64,000 nucleotides of DNA from a virus. Taxonomy: Duplodnaviria; Caudoviricetes. Both the position numbers and the translations under genes were made by a program. Under the pieces are notes generated by a model, which searched no databases, had not been told where the DNA came from, and worked only from the letters and a program-made list of their open reading frames with translations. The stretch covers positions 1 through 64,000 of the IMG/VR virus record IMGVR_UViG_2928826531_000001; one strand, 5' to 3'. Shown here piece after piece: positions 9,545 through 19,097 of the stretch. Numbering within the stretch: the stretch's first letter is position 1; every line of letters starts with the position of its first letter.

Positions 9545-9819
9545 AAGCGCGCGAATTGAACGGCGTCACCCTGTCAGCGCCCGCGCTTCCGCGGCCAAAT
9601 GGGCATTATGCCGCCGGCTATTACTGGCTGTCGTGGTCAGTGCTATTCGGCTTTTCCATCTGGAACCGCGAGGGACTGCTCGCCTACCAGAGCGAGGACG
9701 GCGCGGCGGCTGCGACCCGCCTTCAGGAACTCAACCGCGCGGCATTCCGCGAGGATGTCCATGCGGAGCAGATAAAAACCAAGCGGCGCGCCACGGAGAA
9801 TTGCGCGAAGAGTGGCTAA
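9541..9819 (+). CDS. hypothetical protein
   Basis: GTG start overlapping the previous stop. Confidence 0.5.
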   Translation: MKARELNGVTLSAPALPRPNGHYAAGYYWLSWSVLFGFSIWNREGLLAYQSEDGAAAATRLQELNRAAFREDVHAEQIKTKRRATENCAKSG

Positions 9820-9938
9820 ATAAAAACCGCCGCTCCGGCTGGACCCCGAAGCGGCGGCGTAATGTGCTGACGATCAAAGAGCAATCGCATGCGGAAGATA
9901 TCCGCCCGTAAAACTTTCGTCAACGCGGGGGTAACTCG

Positions 9939-10721
9939 ATGGGTGCGGTTGCAGTGAAGAATGGTCAGAGTGCGGCTGGTGCCCGTCGTGGCACCGTGGC
10001 TGGGAAGAGTGGTTCGGCTGTCATTGCTCCGGTTGAGCCGGAGATGAAGGGGAGCGTTCCGCCGACGGACAAGGTGCTCAGCACCAAGCAGATGATCGAG
10101 GACATGCGGGCTAGGTTCGCCAACCCGCCAAAGCCGGATGGGGAGATCGTCGATCGGCGCCTCTACAAGAAGGTCGCGCCCTCGAAGACTAGCGATCTCG
10201 GATCCGACTACCGCACCCAGCATGGCGGAGCCTACCTGGAGACGTCGGAGTTGTCGGGCGGTGGTGTTCCCATCGCCGATCGCCGTCGCGTCAAGGCGGA
10301 GTGCGGCATCGAAGCCCTGTTCATGCGCGCGCAGATCAATGACCGCCAGTTCCAGGCCGGCATTCGGTTCCGGGCCCTGTGGGCGCGTGCGGCGATGCCG
10401 GCGCAGATGACCAGCAGCTATGGCCAGCAGCGCGGCGGTGGTGGGGGACGTGAGGAGGAAATCGACGCGCGCTTGCAGGTCCAGAAAGCTCTACTGGGGG
10501 CCAAGATCGCCATTCGGCAGAAGTCAGCGCAGGCGCTGAAGCTGACCACCACGGGGGAGAGCCTGAAGCCGGTCGGCGGCGGTGTGGTGGTGACCAAGGC
10601 CGGGGCTGCTGTCATCGAGGCAGCAGGCATGGACGGTCGAGATTATCGTCTGGAGGACCTGCGCGCGGGTCTAACTGCCCTGGCCGACTTCTGGCACATC
10701 ACGGACGATGCGAACTTGTGA
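9939..10721 (+). CDS. DUF6456-like protein, candidate late-transcription regulator
   Basis: IEAL..R.QINDRQFQAG.RFR.LW.RA ... LRAGLTALADFW; sits at the end of the early operon, where lambda Q sits. Confidence 0.65.
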   Translation: MGAVAVKNGQSAAGARRGTVAGKSGSAVIAPVEPEMKGSVPPTDKVLSTKQMIEDMRARFANPPKPDGEIVDRRLYKKVAPSKTSDLGSDYRTQHGGAYLETSELSGGGVPIADRRRVKAECGIEALFMRAQINDRQFQAGIRFRALWARAAMPAQMTSSYGQQRGGGGGREEEIDARLQVQKALLGAKIAIRQKSAQALKLTTTGESLKPVGGGVVVTKAGAAVIEAAGMDGRDYRLEDLRAGLTALADFWHITDDANL

Positions 10722-11195
10722 CGGGCTGTTGGATGCGGTCTCGGGCGGAGCCGCTTCGTGGCGCGCGGGCTCGGGGTTGGGTATGCTCGATAGCCCCCCA
10801 ATCTGGCGTCATCCGCTTTACCGTTACCGCCTAGAGCACGCTCGCCCGGGTCCTTGCGCCGAGCATCATCATGGGGAGTGCTTCCAAACATTCCTGGTTG
10901 CTTGCGGCAACTTTGCGTGCGTTGGATCGCTCTCGCCCTTGCGACCGCCTTACATGTGCCAGTGATTTTGCTCGGCAAAGCGATTGTACATATTTGGAGG
11001 TGCGCGGGTACACCAATAGCTTGTGGAAAGCTGACGGATGCTGTTGCATGATGAATGGCAAAGAGCAACTTTGTGGGCGGTGCCGTGTAACCGAGTGGTT
11101 GTAACTGAAGGCCTCGATGGCTCCGGCTACTGATAGCGACTACTGCGTGGAAGCTGCGGGGCTTAGTACTTCATAAGCGACACCGATTCTTTTTT

Positions 11196-11894
11196 GTGGA
11201 GGGTGGAGTGCGCGCGCCATTGCAATCTATGATGGTATTTATTACCGTTCCGTGGCTGGCCTTTAGTGTCACTCATGTGCAGGCTGAAACCAAAGCGGCT
11301 TGCAGCGTAGACGCTCCCCCAGCTAGCTGTGCAGGGTTGTTTGCCGTTGATGCCACTGGATCAGTGCCAGCTACGGAAAAGCTGGTAAACACTCCTAATC
11401 CGAAATGCGGAGATGGACGCGTATTCGACTACGTAGGTATCTTGAAAGACAGTTTGGCCAAAATGGTTGATGCCAAGAAAATGGCGGACGCATCGGCCGA
11501 TCTTGCCAAAGCCACCGTGCATTTTTTATCTAAAGAAGCTAAGGACAAGCTAGGTGGTGATATCGCAACGGGCATCTGGAGGAATTTTTCCGAAAAAACA
11601 AACGAAGGGAATTGCATTACTCTGTCCGTAATAGTACCGAACAACGCTGAAGTTGTTGGATATCGGATTGTTGCTGGGGAGAGCGGTGGCTCCATGAATA
11701 AATGCCAAGTTGGGCTGGACTGTGGCGTTGGCTACTCCCGATTCCTTCGCGAGCCGGTGGCCGCAATAGAAGAGCAAGGGGTTAAGAGTTACATGACGAC
11801 ATTTATGAACTGGGCGCACGATCGGCAGCGTGATGCACGGTTGGTTATATTCTTCAAAACGATCGATGGGAAGCCGCCCCCGATTGCAATGTGA
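11196..11894 (+). CDS. secreted Cys-rich hypothetical protein (moron, paralog 1; start uncertain)
   Basis: Lower GC, signal peptide ending VQA, C-terminal FMNWAHDRQR motif. Confidence 0.7.
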   Translation: MEGGVRAPLQSMMVFITVPWLAFSVTHVQAETKAACSVDAPPASCAGLFAVDATGSVPATEKLVNTPNPKCGDGRVFDYVGILKDSLAKMVDAKKMADASADLAKATVHFLSKEAKDKLGGDIATGIWRNFSEKTNEGNCITLSVIVPNNAEVVGYRIVAGESGGSMNKCQVGLDCGVGYSRFLREPVAAIEEQGVKSYMTTFMNWAHDRQRDARLVIFFKTIDGKPPPIAM

Positions 11895-11898
11895 GTGC

Positions 11899-12594
11899 AT
11901 GATGCGTCTCATCAGATTGATTGCGAGTTCATTGCTCCCGGGATGTATAATTCTTGGCATTGCCCATAACGGCCACGCGGGATCACGCACCGTGCGCTGG
12001 TGCGAGTACGATCCTAAAAGGACCTGTGTAGCTGGAGAATACGCAACAGTCATCGAAGTCCCGATACCGAATGGCAATTACGTTCAATCTTCGACGCCGT
12101 CATGCCCAAGTAACGACTTTTCGGTGCAGGGAAATCGCGAAAATTTTGTGGTCGGCATCGTTCGCAAGTCCAGTCAGAAGTGGCGTAAGGAAATACGAAA
12201 TTCTGCTGGATCCTTAAATGACTTGGTCTCAAGTCGCGACTATACGGACATCCCCAGCCCCTCCATCCCAGGGTTCGGTGGGGCGGAACATGCGGTGTGT
12301 TCTGCACTTGTAGCTGCTATTCCCCATGACGCTCAGGTCCAGGGAGTGCATCTTGGCTTCACCGATGCTAAGGGCACCAGGGAGTGTAAGCCTTCTGCCG
12401 AGTGCGAATATGCTAGATTCATCGCTCCGCCAAACGTGAGGAGAATACAATTGCTCTCTCGGCCCGGCATTCAAGTAGTTGATGCTTTTTTTATGAATTG
12501 GTCTCACGACCGGAACAGAATTGCATGGATAGCGGTTTTTTACAGTTTTAAAACCGGAGAAATGCCGAAAGCCATTTCGCCGGGCCCTATGTAG
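11899..12594 (+). CDS. secreted Cys-rich hypothetical protein (moron, paralog 2)
   Basis: Lower GC, signal peptide ending GHA, C-terminal FMNWSHDRNR motif. Confidence 0.7.
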   Translation: MMRLIRLIASSLLPGCIILGIAHNGHAGSRTVRWCEYDPKRTCVAGEYATVIEVPIPNGNYVQSSTPSCPSNDFSVQGNRENFVVGIVRKSSQKWRKEIRNSAGSLNDLVSSRDYTDIPSPSIPGFGGAEHAVCSALVAAIPHDAQVQGVHLGFTDAKGTRECKPSAECEYARFIAPPNVRRIQLLSRPGIQVVDAFFMNWSHDRNRIAWIAVFYSFKTGEMPKAISPGPM

Positions 12595-12861
12595 TAATGA
12601 ACTGTAGATTAGGGTCGAAAATTCGCCGATATTTCGGAGGTTGCCCCGATACAGGCGCTTGCGGGCCAGTTTGACTGAGAAGTCGCCGTGCGAACAGTAA
12701 GGGTTTGTGCTCTTTTCAGCGGTGAGAAAAGAGCCCGAGCTTGGGATGGACCCGGAGCGGGTGCGAGACGTGCTCTATGGCATCGATGCCGGGTCCGAAG
12801 GGATCACGATCCGTAAGCCATAGGCGAGCGGGCGCCAAAAACCCTCATCCGGGGGTGCGTG

Positions 12862-13227
12862 TTACGCCGGTTGCCGCTCGGCCAAGAGCCGAATGACCTT
12901 TTTCGGAATCGGCCGGTGGCTGGCTTCCTCTGGGTGCGCCCATCGGCGGGTGTCCGACCTGGTGTAGCTGGTGCCCAGCTTCTCATTCAGCCAGTTGGCC
13001 GCGGCTTGCCATCCGCCCACGCTGTCGGCCCACGCCGCATAGTCTTCGGCCGGCAGCGTGGGTTGAGGTTTGCGTCGAGGGGCCTGGGGAGAGGGTTCGC
13101 AAGGTTCATCCTCCGCCTCAACGATGACGGCAATCACGGCCACGCCGTCGGGGGTCATGACGGGGGCGGGAAGACCGGCGCGCTTGGCGCGGGCGGAGAG
13201 TTCGGCGAAGGTCATCGTCTCAGGCAT
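12862..13227 (-). CDS. putative DNA-binding regulator
   Basis: C-terminal HTH-like region (GGWQAAANWLNEKLG...DTRRWA...RPIPKKVIRLL); apparently leaderless promoter carrying operator repeats. Confidence 0.6.
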   Translation of the reverse strand: MPETMTFAELSARAKRAGLPAPVMTPDGVAVIAVIVEAEDEPCEPSPQAPRRKPQPTLPAEDYAAWADSVGGWQAAANWLNEKLGTSYTRSDTRRWAHPEEASHRPIPKKVIRLLAERQPA

Positions 13228-13233
13228 GGCGAA

Positions 13234-13262
13234 AACCTAGTATGGCGGAATGTATGGCGCAA
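13234..13262 (-). promoter_or_regulatory. sigma70-like promoter with tandem CGCCATAC repeats
   Basis: Minus strand TTGCGC-N17-TAGGTT, then 6 nt to the ATG; the -35/spacer region reads CGCCATACATTCCGCCATAC. Confidence 0.6.
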
Positions 13263-13313
13263 GCGCGGTGCGTGGCGCCACACCGAAAACCCTCACCCGG
13301 GCTCCAAAAACCC

Positions 13314-13802
13314 TCAGCGGGGGTGCGTCCGCTTCAGGGCGTAAACGGTCCAGATCAGCGACGCGATGGCCTTGAGGGTGTAGGCGCCTTCCTCGTCCAG
13401 GCTCAGCCCGAAGTGGTCCAGATCGGACAGGCGGAACGCCGTACCGCTCACGGCGATGAACACGGACTCCGCGTTCCGCCACCCAGCGATCTCACCATAT
13501 GGAGTGAAAACCCGCAGTGCATCGGCCGGAACTTCGACATTCGCCGGCTGGCCATTGCCCACGGCCCGGAACCGCGGATCATCCCGCAGCCTTTCCGCCA
13601 AGCTCCCGCGCAGGATGGACAGCGCCAGATTGGCCGCTTGCTGCAATGCTCCAGCGTCATCCCCAGCAGCGTTGAAGATCCGGGGGAAGATGTCGCCATA
13701 TGGCCCGGGCTTCTCGCCGGCTTCGCACATGGGATGGCCATCCTCAAGCCAGAACGACACCTTGGGGCACTGGGGCAGGTTCAGAAAAGCGATGTGTGCC
13801 AT
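13314..13802 (-). CDS. hypothetical protein
   Basis: 162-aa ORF co-oriented with its neighbours. Confidence 0.55.
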   Translation of the reverse strand: MAHIAFLNLPQCPKVSFWLEDGHPMCEAGEKPGPYGDIFPRIFNAAGDDAGALQQAANLALSILRGSLAERLRDDPRFRAVGNGQPANVEVPADALRVFTPYGEIAGWRNAESVFIAVSGTAFRLSDLDHFGLSLDEEGAYTLKAIASLIWTVYALKRTHPR

Positions 13803-13919
13803 TTTGCGTGTCCAAAGCTGAAAGGTTGCGGGAAGGTCAGTAGAGGGCTGGCGGGAGCTTGTCCACTCCCCAAAAACCCCCGCCGGGGGTGCGCGTCCGA
13901 AAAACCGCGCCGGGGGTGC

Positions 13920-15938
13920 TCAGGCATCAATGACGACGATCCGGGTTGAAACACCGGTGCCGCTTTCCTGGAAGGAACCGGCCGGAAGCCGTTCCGAGGT
14001 GCCGCCCACGCTGTCGAGCCAAGCCCGGAACTCCTCTGCCTTCCGATCGGAGCGGAAGAAGGGGCTTTCCGCCATGATAGCTACCAATCGGCCGCCGGGC
14101 TTCAGCATGCCGAAGGCGCGCCGAACATGGTCGGTATCTGCCAAGCCTTCAAAGGGCGGGTTCATACCGATACGGTCGTATTGCCCTTCATGTTCGAAGA
14201 AGTCCCATCCCGCCAGGGTGTAGCCCTTGGCGTTCAGGAGGTTGCGCAGGGTGCCGTTAATCTCCAGCACCGTCACGCCGTCTTTGCCCACGGTCTCCGC
14301 CATGACGTCGGCGATATCGCCCGCACCGGCGGAAGGCTCAAGCACTGAATGGCCGGGCCGCAGGTCCAGCAGGTCAATCACGCGCCGCGCCAAGCTGGCG
14401 GGGGTGCGGAAGAAACCGGGAATCTTGCGGCCCAGCAGATCCCGTAAAGCGGCTTTGATCGGATCGGCCTTCGGCGCATCGCTGGAGAGTTCCACGAACC
14501 GCGCCGCAGCTTCCCGCAGCTGGCCAGTGGTCAGGATCCCCATAGCGCGCAAGCGGTGGCCGTCGTCATCCGCTGGAAACTCGATATGCACCAGATCGGC
14601 CGCGGTTGCCTTCCGGCCCTTCCGGTCAATCTGTTCCGGGTAGCTCAGCCCGGAATCCGCCCTATAGCAGGCGCGGCGGATGAGGGAGCGGAACAACTCG
14701 GATTGTTTGGCCGTGCTCACCTTCGCCAAGGCGCCGGCGGTGCCGTCCTGCTGCGCTTCACCGATGGCGCGGAGAGTGCGCGCCAAAGTGATTTGGCGTT
14801 GCGCGTCGACTTCTACGCTGGCCGCCATGCTGGCGCGCCGTGGCGTGTTGGTCAGGCGATCGCGGGAGAGCACCTCCTGGGCGCGCGCTTCGATCCGATC
14901 CGCCAAGGCGAACAGTTTATTTTGAGTCCCAAAAACCTCCGGAGGGGGTGCGGCATGCGTCGATTCCGCCGCGTAGGGACTCTCCGCACTCTCCGGCTTG
15001 CCCGTGCCGGGCCCGTCATCCGGGCCGGCGGGCGGAGTGTCGGAACCGGCCAGCAGATCGACCAGGGAGGCGCGCACCTCGCTTTCACGAGACAGGGGGA
15101 AGATCCATCCGCTGGCTTGGCGATGCCAGAACGGGGCAAGCCCGGAAACGGCGGACTTGATCCGGTCTTTATGGGCCAGGGTTTCGCCCTTCACGATGAT
15201 GGACTTTTCCGAGTAGGGCTCAATCCGCAGGGGAGCAGCCCCGGCGGAAACCGGGGGTGCGCTGGTCTCGACAATCGTCGGCCCGTTCACAGCCGCGCGG
15301 ACTTCGGTGCACACCTCGGCGCGCGCCTCCTCCAGCGACTCGGCCCGGACTTCGGTGCGCCGTGTGGCTACGCGCGCGGGCTTGGCTATGATCGCTTTAG
15401 GCTTGATGGTGACGGACCGCGGAACGGACAGGATCCAAGCCTTGTGCGTCTGCTCCAGTTCCCACGCGAATTTGACATCGAGGTGATAATTCGTATTGAA
15501 ATAGTCCGTCATGGAATCGGACTTGTCATAGCGCCACTGCGACGCAATCGCCTGCAGGATGTCGGAAAGCGCCTTTGCCGCATCGGTCATCCGCTGCTGA
15601 GCCTCGTACGGCGCGTGAAAGCCCGCGCATTCGTGCGGGTGGTCCGCCTGCCAACGGACATTCTCCGGGTTGAGGATCAGAAACGGCACCGCTTGGATCT
15701 CGACCGTCACGGAACCATGGTGGGGAGAGCGGACGGAGATCTTGACGCCCTGGGGAATGGTGCCGGATTTCTCCGCTTCCTTGAGCGCCGCGCGGATCAG
15801 TTTGTTTCGGTCCGCGTCGCGCATGTGTCGGCCGTCGCGCTCCATGAGACCGCCGAAGGGATACAGGCTTTGCAGCGCGTCCGCGCGGTCATGCTTGGGA
15901 AGGGCGGCAAGGTCGGCAAACTTCACGGTGCTGCGCAT
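13920..15938 (-). CDS. polyvalent protein: LPD29-like N-terminus + small domains + C-terminal N6-adenine DNA methyltransferase
   Basis: GVKISVR...YDKSDSMTDYFNTNYH; YSEKSIIVKGET..HKDRIK...GWIFP; GFFRTP, VLEPSAGAG, MNPPF, LKPGGRLVAIM, LP.GSF.ESGT.V. GGAG RBS before ATG 15938. Confidence 0.88.
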   Translation of the reverse strand: MRSTVKFADLAALPKHDRADALQSLYPFGGLMERDGRHMRDADRNKLIRAALKEAEKSGTIPQGVKISVRSPHHGSVTVEIQAVPFLILNPENVRWQADHPHECAGFHAPYEAQQRMTDAAKALSDILQAIASQWRYDKSDSMTDYFNTNYHLDVKFAWELEQTHKAWILSVPRSVTIKPKAIIAKPARVATRRTEVRAESLEEARAEVCTEVRAAVNGPTIVETSAPPVSAGAAPLRIEPYSEKSIIVKGETLAHKDRIKSAVSGLAPFWHRQASGWIFPLSRESEVRASLVDLLAGSDTPPAGPDDGPGTGKPESAESPYAAESTHAAPPPEVFGTQNKLFALADRIEARAQEVLSRDRLTNTPRRASMAASVEVDAQRQITLARTLRAIGEAQQDGTAGALAKVSTAKQSELFRSLIRRACYRADSGLSYPEQIDRKGRKATAADLVHIEFPADDDGHRLRAMGILTTGQLREAAARFVELSSDAPKADPIKAALRDLLGRKIPGFFRTPASLARRVIDLLDLRPGHSVLEPSAGAGDIADVMAETVGKDGVTVLEINGTLRNLLNAKGYTLAGWDFFEHEGQYDRIGMNPPFEGLADTDHVRRAFGMLKPGGRLVAIMAESPFFRSDRKAEEFRAWLDSVGGTSERLPAGSFQESGTGVSTRIVVIDA

Positions 15939-16129
15939 TGGGCGGACTCCAGGCGATAGGCGGCCGAGTGACGGCGCCAAAGTGGTTTGACTGGGTTTGA
16001 AAAACCGCGGTGGGGGTGACCCAAAAGCCGCGCCGGGGTGTCCCCTACCGGGGTATCGATCCGGTTTCCGAGCAGCCCGGCATGCCATCGGGACCGCTGG
16101 GGAGCCGGCCCGAAGGCCGGTGCGGGCGA

Positions 16130-16315
16130 TTAGCGGACCACGTCCACCAGAAGTCGGGTACCGCCATAACTCCCAGGACCGCGCAAGCGGTTGTGCATGT
16201 CGGCACTCTGCAACTCGCCTTGCCACGCGCTCACGCTGTAGGGGATCCGGCGGATCTCCGTTTTGTTGTCGGCAACGTCGACCGCGTAGACGACTACGAA
16301 TTTCGGGTTGTCCAT
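16130..16315 (-). CDS. small hypothetical protein
   Basis: GGAG RBS; MDNPKFVVVYAVDV... Confidence 0.5.
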   Translation of the reverse strand: MDNPKFVVVYAVDVADNKTEIRRIPYSVSAWQGELQSADMHNRLRGPGSYGGTRLLVDVVR

Positions 16316-16319
16316 GACG

Positions 16320-16739
16320 TCAGCACTCCACACGGGCTTCAGCAACAGCCGCGCGTGCCGCGGCGATGACGAGCACGGCAAACTGACTATGGTTCGGATC
16401 CGATGCGGCGATTCGCTCCAGAGTGGCGAGCATTCGCGGTGCTGCAGCATTCATCGCGGCTTTGGTGGCATTGTGTTCCCGAAGCCTTCCCATCCACTCC
16501 GCGTCACGCGCGGCCGCATCAGGCACGGCGCGGCGAGAAGACGCCGTTTCGTTTGCCATCATTTCCGCCGCGACCTTGGCCGGGTTGCGCTTGGCCTTGG
16601 TGGCGTCCGAGCTGGTAGGGTAGGCGTAGGACGTCAGGCCGGTTTCCGTGTCGCCAGCGAGAAACCCGCCTTCGGGAGTGTGCATGTAGAGGATGGTCAC
16701 TGTCTGATCTCCGCTAAGCGGCGTCGCCGCGTTCTTCAT
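16320..16739 (-). CDS. hypothetical phage protein
   Basis: C-terminal AAAPRMLATLERI...ARAAVAEA phage motif; probable leaderless start just after TTGCCA-N18-TACATT. Confidence 0.65.
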   Translation of the reverse strand: MKNAATPLSGDQTVTILYMHTPEGGFLAGDTETGLTSYAYPTSSDATKAKRNPAKVAAEMMANETASSRRAVPDAAARDAEWMGRLREHNATKAAMNAAAPRMLATLERIAASDPNHSQFAVLVIAAARAAVAEARVEC

Positions 16740-16743
16740 GCCC

Positions 16744-16866
16744 AAATGTATGGCGTTGTGGTGCGTGCTGGCAACGGGCGAATGCACCACAAAGATGCAT
16801 AGCGTTCATGCGCAGAATGTATGGCATTCAGGATTTACAGGGAAGCGCTAAAACGCCATACATTCC
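16744..16866. promoter_or_regulatory. divergent promoter region with three AATGTATGGC motifs
   Basis: AAATGTATGGCG 16744, GAATGTATGGCA 16815, inverted CGCCATACATTCC 16854. Confidence 0.7.
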
Positions 16867-16911
16867 CCACACAACGCGGCGCCCAAGGCGCCCAAGCTGG
16901 GGATCTCGAAC

Positions 16912-18960
16912 ATGTCGCACGTCGTTACTGACACCGCCGCTCTTCTGGCCCAAATTGCCGAGCTACAGGCACAGCTTGCCGCGGCCGGTTCCGCTCCGCT
17001 TGCCAAGCCGAAGGCCGCGCGCAAGCCGCGCAAGCCCAAGCTGGTCAAGCTTCCGGAACTGGCCACGGTCCGCGTGACCTTCGCCGACGGCGTGACGATG
17101 CACACCAACGCTTCCCACGCATTCGAAGACGGGACGGTCGACACCTCTCGCGCCGTTGCCTATGCCGAGTCTGTGCGCCGTAACAACGCGGCCGGTTATG
17201 CGACGGAGAGCGGATCCACCCTGTCCGGCAATTGGGAATGGGTGAATACGGAAAAGGGGTGGCGCCTTCGGCCGGTTGCGGATGTCCCGACCGTGACGGA
17301 AGTCCATGTGCTGACCCAAGCCGAACAGGATGCTTTGCGTGAGGAACATCGCGTTTGGTTCCGCGGCGCGGTCCCTGCAAATGCGGAGATCGCGGCTGCG
17401 GCTTCCTGGAGCGCGCGGGTTGAAGCTACGGGCAATGATGCCGCCGCGGAAGCCGTTCACACGGAAGCGGCTGCCGAGGAGGTGGCCGAAACTTCCGTTT
17501 CGTGCGAAGGCGCTGACAACCCGTTGCATGTCATCCGCGGCGATGTCGACCGCACGGTATCAGGCCGGATGGAAATTTGCTCGGCTGCCCTGGCGGATAC
17601 GGCCTATGGCCGTGCGCGTGCCGATGCCGTGCGAAACGCCATTACGGCGCGCGGCGGTTCGGAACAGGATGCCGCCGCGGCCATGGTCCGCGCCATCGGC
17701 GACTATGAAGGCGGAACCATGCCGCCGGCCGGCAAGGCGCGTGAGCTGGTCTGTGCGCAAGTCGCGGCGGAGTGTGGCGATACCGAAGGCGCGGCACCAA
17801 TGGCCAGCAAGCCCGAATCCCTTGGCGCGGCCATGGTGCACCATGCCGCCCCCACCTGTCCGCTTTACTTGGAAGGATACGACGGCGACGCCAACCCGGA
17901 CGCAGCGCCGGAGGTGTCGCGCTATGCGGCCTTTGCCGCGCGTCATGGGATGGCCGCTCTGTGCGTGGTTGGGCTGCTGTCCATCCTGTCCGGCCGGTAT
18001 CTGCGCCGCATGATCGAACACGCGGCGGAACGGGTTGCCGCGCGGTCCGGCATCGTCTCGCTTGACGAGGTGGGAATCTACATCGCGGCCAGCATGACGC
18101 GCCCCGGCAAGCCCGGGAAGGCGCCGCGGCCAGTTTGGGAGATCTCCGGGGATACCAAGGGGTATGCGGACTGCATCAAAGCCATTGGCGCGAAATGGTG
18201 GGGCGGCAAGTGGTCCACCTGGAATGATCCGACTGCGGCGCTTGTGGCGGAGATCAACGCCAATGGTGGACGCCGCTCGTTCGCCGAACGTCTGGACGTT
18301 ATCCGGGAACGCGCTGCCGAACGGGCGGACCGGTTGGAGGAGCGCGCGGAACGAGTCACGGCGGAAGCGGGCCGGCGGTATAGGGCTGCGAAGTCCCTGG
18401 CCAGCTTCATTCCCATGGGGCAGCCGATCTTGGTGGGGCACCACTCCGAAGGCCGCCACCGTCGCGACCTGCGGCGCATTGAAAGCGGCATGCGGAAATC
18501 CTTCGAGTTGAGCGGCAAGGCAGACGGTCTGCGGCGCCGCGCGGCGACGGCCGAACAGACGGCCGAAGGCCGGACCGATCTGCGGTATCTGGCCAACCGG
18601 TTGAAGGAGGCGGAAACCAACCTGCGCGACATCGAACGTCGCTTGAACGGCACGAGCCGGAAGGAGCCAGCCGGCCCGATGAGCGATGATCGGCGCGCCT
18701 TCCTGGAGAAGCGCAAGGCGGAGTATGCGGAACGCGCGGCCTATTGGCGTGCCCAAGTCGACGCAGCCGGCGGCATCCCGTCTAAGGCACAGTTCAGCAA
18801 GGGCGGCACGGTGCAGTATGGCGGCCAGTGGTATCCCGTCGCCCGCGTCAATCGGGATACCGTCACGGTGTCGAATTGGCTTGGCGTGGCGTCGCTGACC
18901 TTCCGCGTTCCGCTCGCCCGCGTTTCCGGTTATCAGGCACCCGCGGCCATGGCCGCATAG
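16912..18960 (+). CDS. DUF3560-containing polyvalent protein
   Basis: ERAAERADRLEERA...IPMGQPILVGHHSEGRHRRDLRRI..GMRKS.E...KA; R.LANRLKEAE..LRDIERRL. Confidence 0.9.
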   Translation: MSHVVTDTAALLAQIAELQAQLAAAGSAPLAKPKAARKPRKPKLVKLPELATVRVTFADGVTMHTNASHAFEDGTVDTSRAVAYAESVRRNNAAGYATESGSTLSGNWEWVNTEKGWRLRPVADVPTVTEVHVLTQAEQDALREEHRVWFRGAVPANAEIAAAASWSARVEATGNDAAAEAVHTEAAAEEVAETSVSCEGADNPLHVIRGDVDRTVSGRMEICSAALADTAYGRARADAVRNAITARGGSEQDAAAAMVRAIGDYEGGTMPPAGKARELVCAQVAAECGDTEGAAPMASKPESLGAAMVHHAAPTCPLYLEGYDGDANPDAAPEVSRYAAFAARHGMAALCVVGLLSILSGRYLRRMIEHAAERVAARSGIVSLDEVGIYIAASMTRPGKPGKAPRPVWEISGDTKGYADCIKAIGAKWWGGKWSTWNDPTAALVAEINANGGRRSFAERLDVIRERAAERADRLEERAERVTAEAGRRYRAAKSLASFIPMGQPILVGHHSEGRHRRDLRRIESGMRKSFELSGKADGLRRRAATAEQTAEGRTDLRYLANRLKEAETNLRDIERRLNGTSRKEPAGPMSDDRRAFLEKRKAEYAERAAYWRAQVDAAGGIPSKAQFSKGGTVQYGGQWYPVARVNRDTVTVSNWLGVASLTFRVPLARVSGYQAPAAMAA

Positions 18961-19014
18961 TTTCCCCTCTGCATAGCGCCTCGTCCTTCCCCAGCTTGGG
19001 CAAGGCGCCAAACT

Positions 19015-19097
19015 AAGCCCGGACGGCCGCCGCGCCTTCCGGGCTTTTCTTTGTCCGCGCATCCCACGCCCGCCGGCCTTCCGCCGCGCGGGCTTTT
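19015..19097 (+). terminator. two tandem intrinsic terminators
   Basis: AAGCCCGGA...TCCGGGCTTTTCTTT and GCCCGC...GCGGGCTTTT. Confidence 0.75.

Larger units (their letters stand above)
12836..16041 (+). repeat. dispersed, identically oriented motif AAAAA-CC-N5-7-GGGGGTG(C)
   Basis: Copies at 12837, 13306, 13872, 13900, 14931 and 16000; degenerate copies at 13286, 15248 and 16023. Confidence 0.8.

Noticed and set aside
12670-12735. Lambda pR'-like late promoter with hairpin GCTCTTTTC/GAAAAGAGC
   Set aside because: The hairpin is real, but TTGACT has no properly spaced -10, so the function cannot be supported.
12836-16041. Oriented repeats as a CRISPR or guide-RNA array
   Set aside because: Spacing is irregular (tens to >1000 bp), the core is variable, copies lie inside a CDS, and no cas-like gene is present.
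15939-16226. N-terminal 96 aa of the 768-aa ORF-track call
   Set aside because: Overlaps another gene and the repeat motifs; a GGAG RBS supports ATG 15938.
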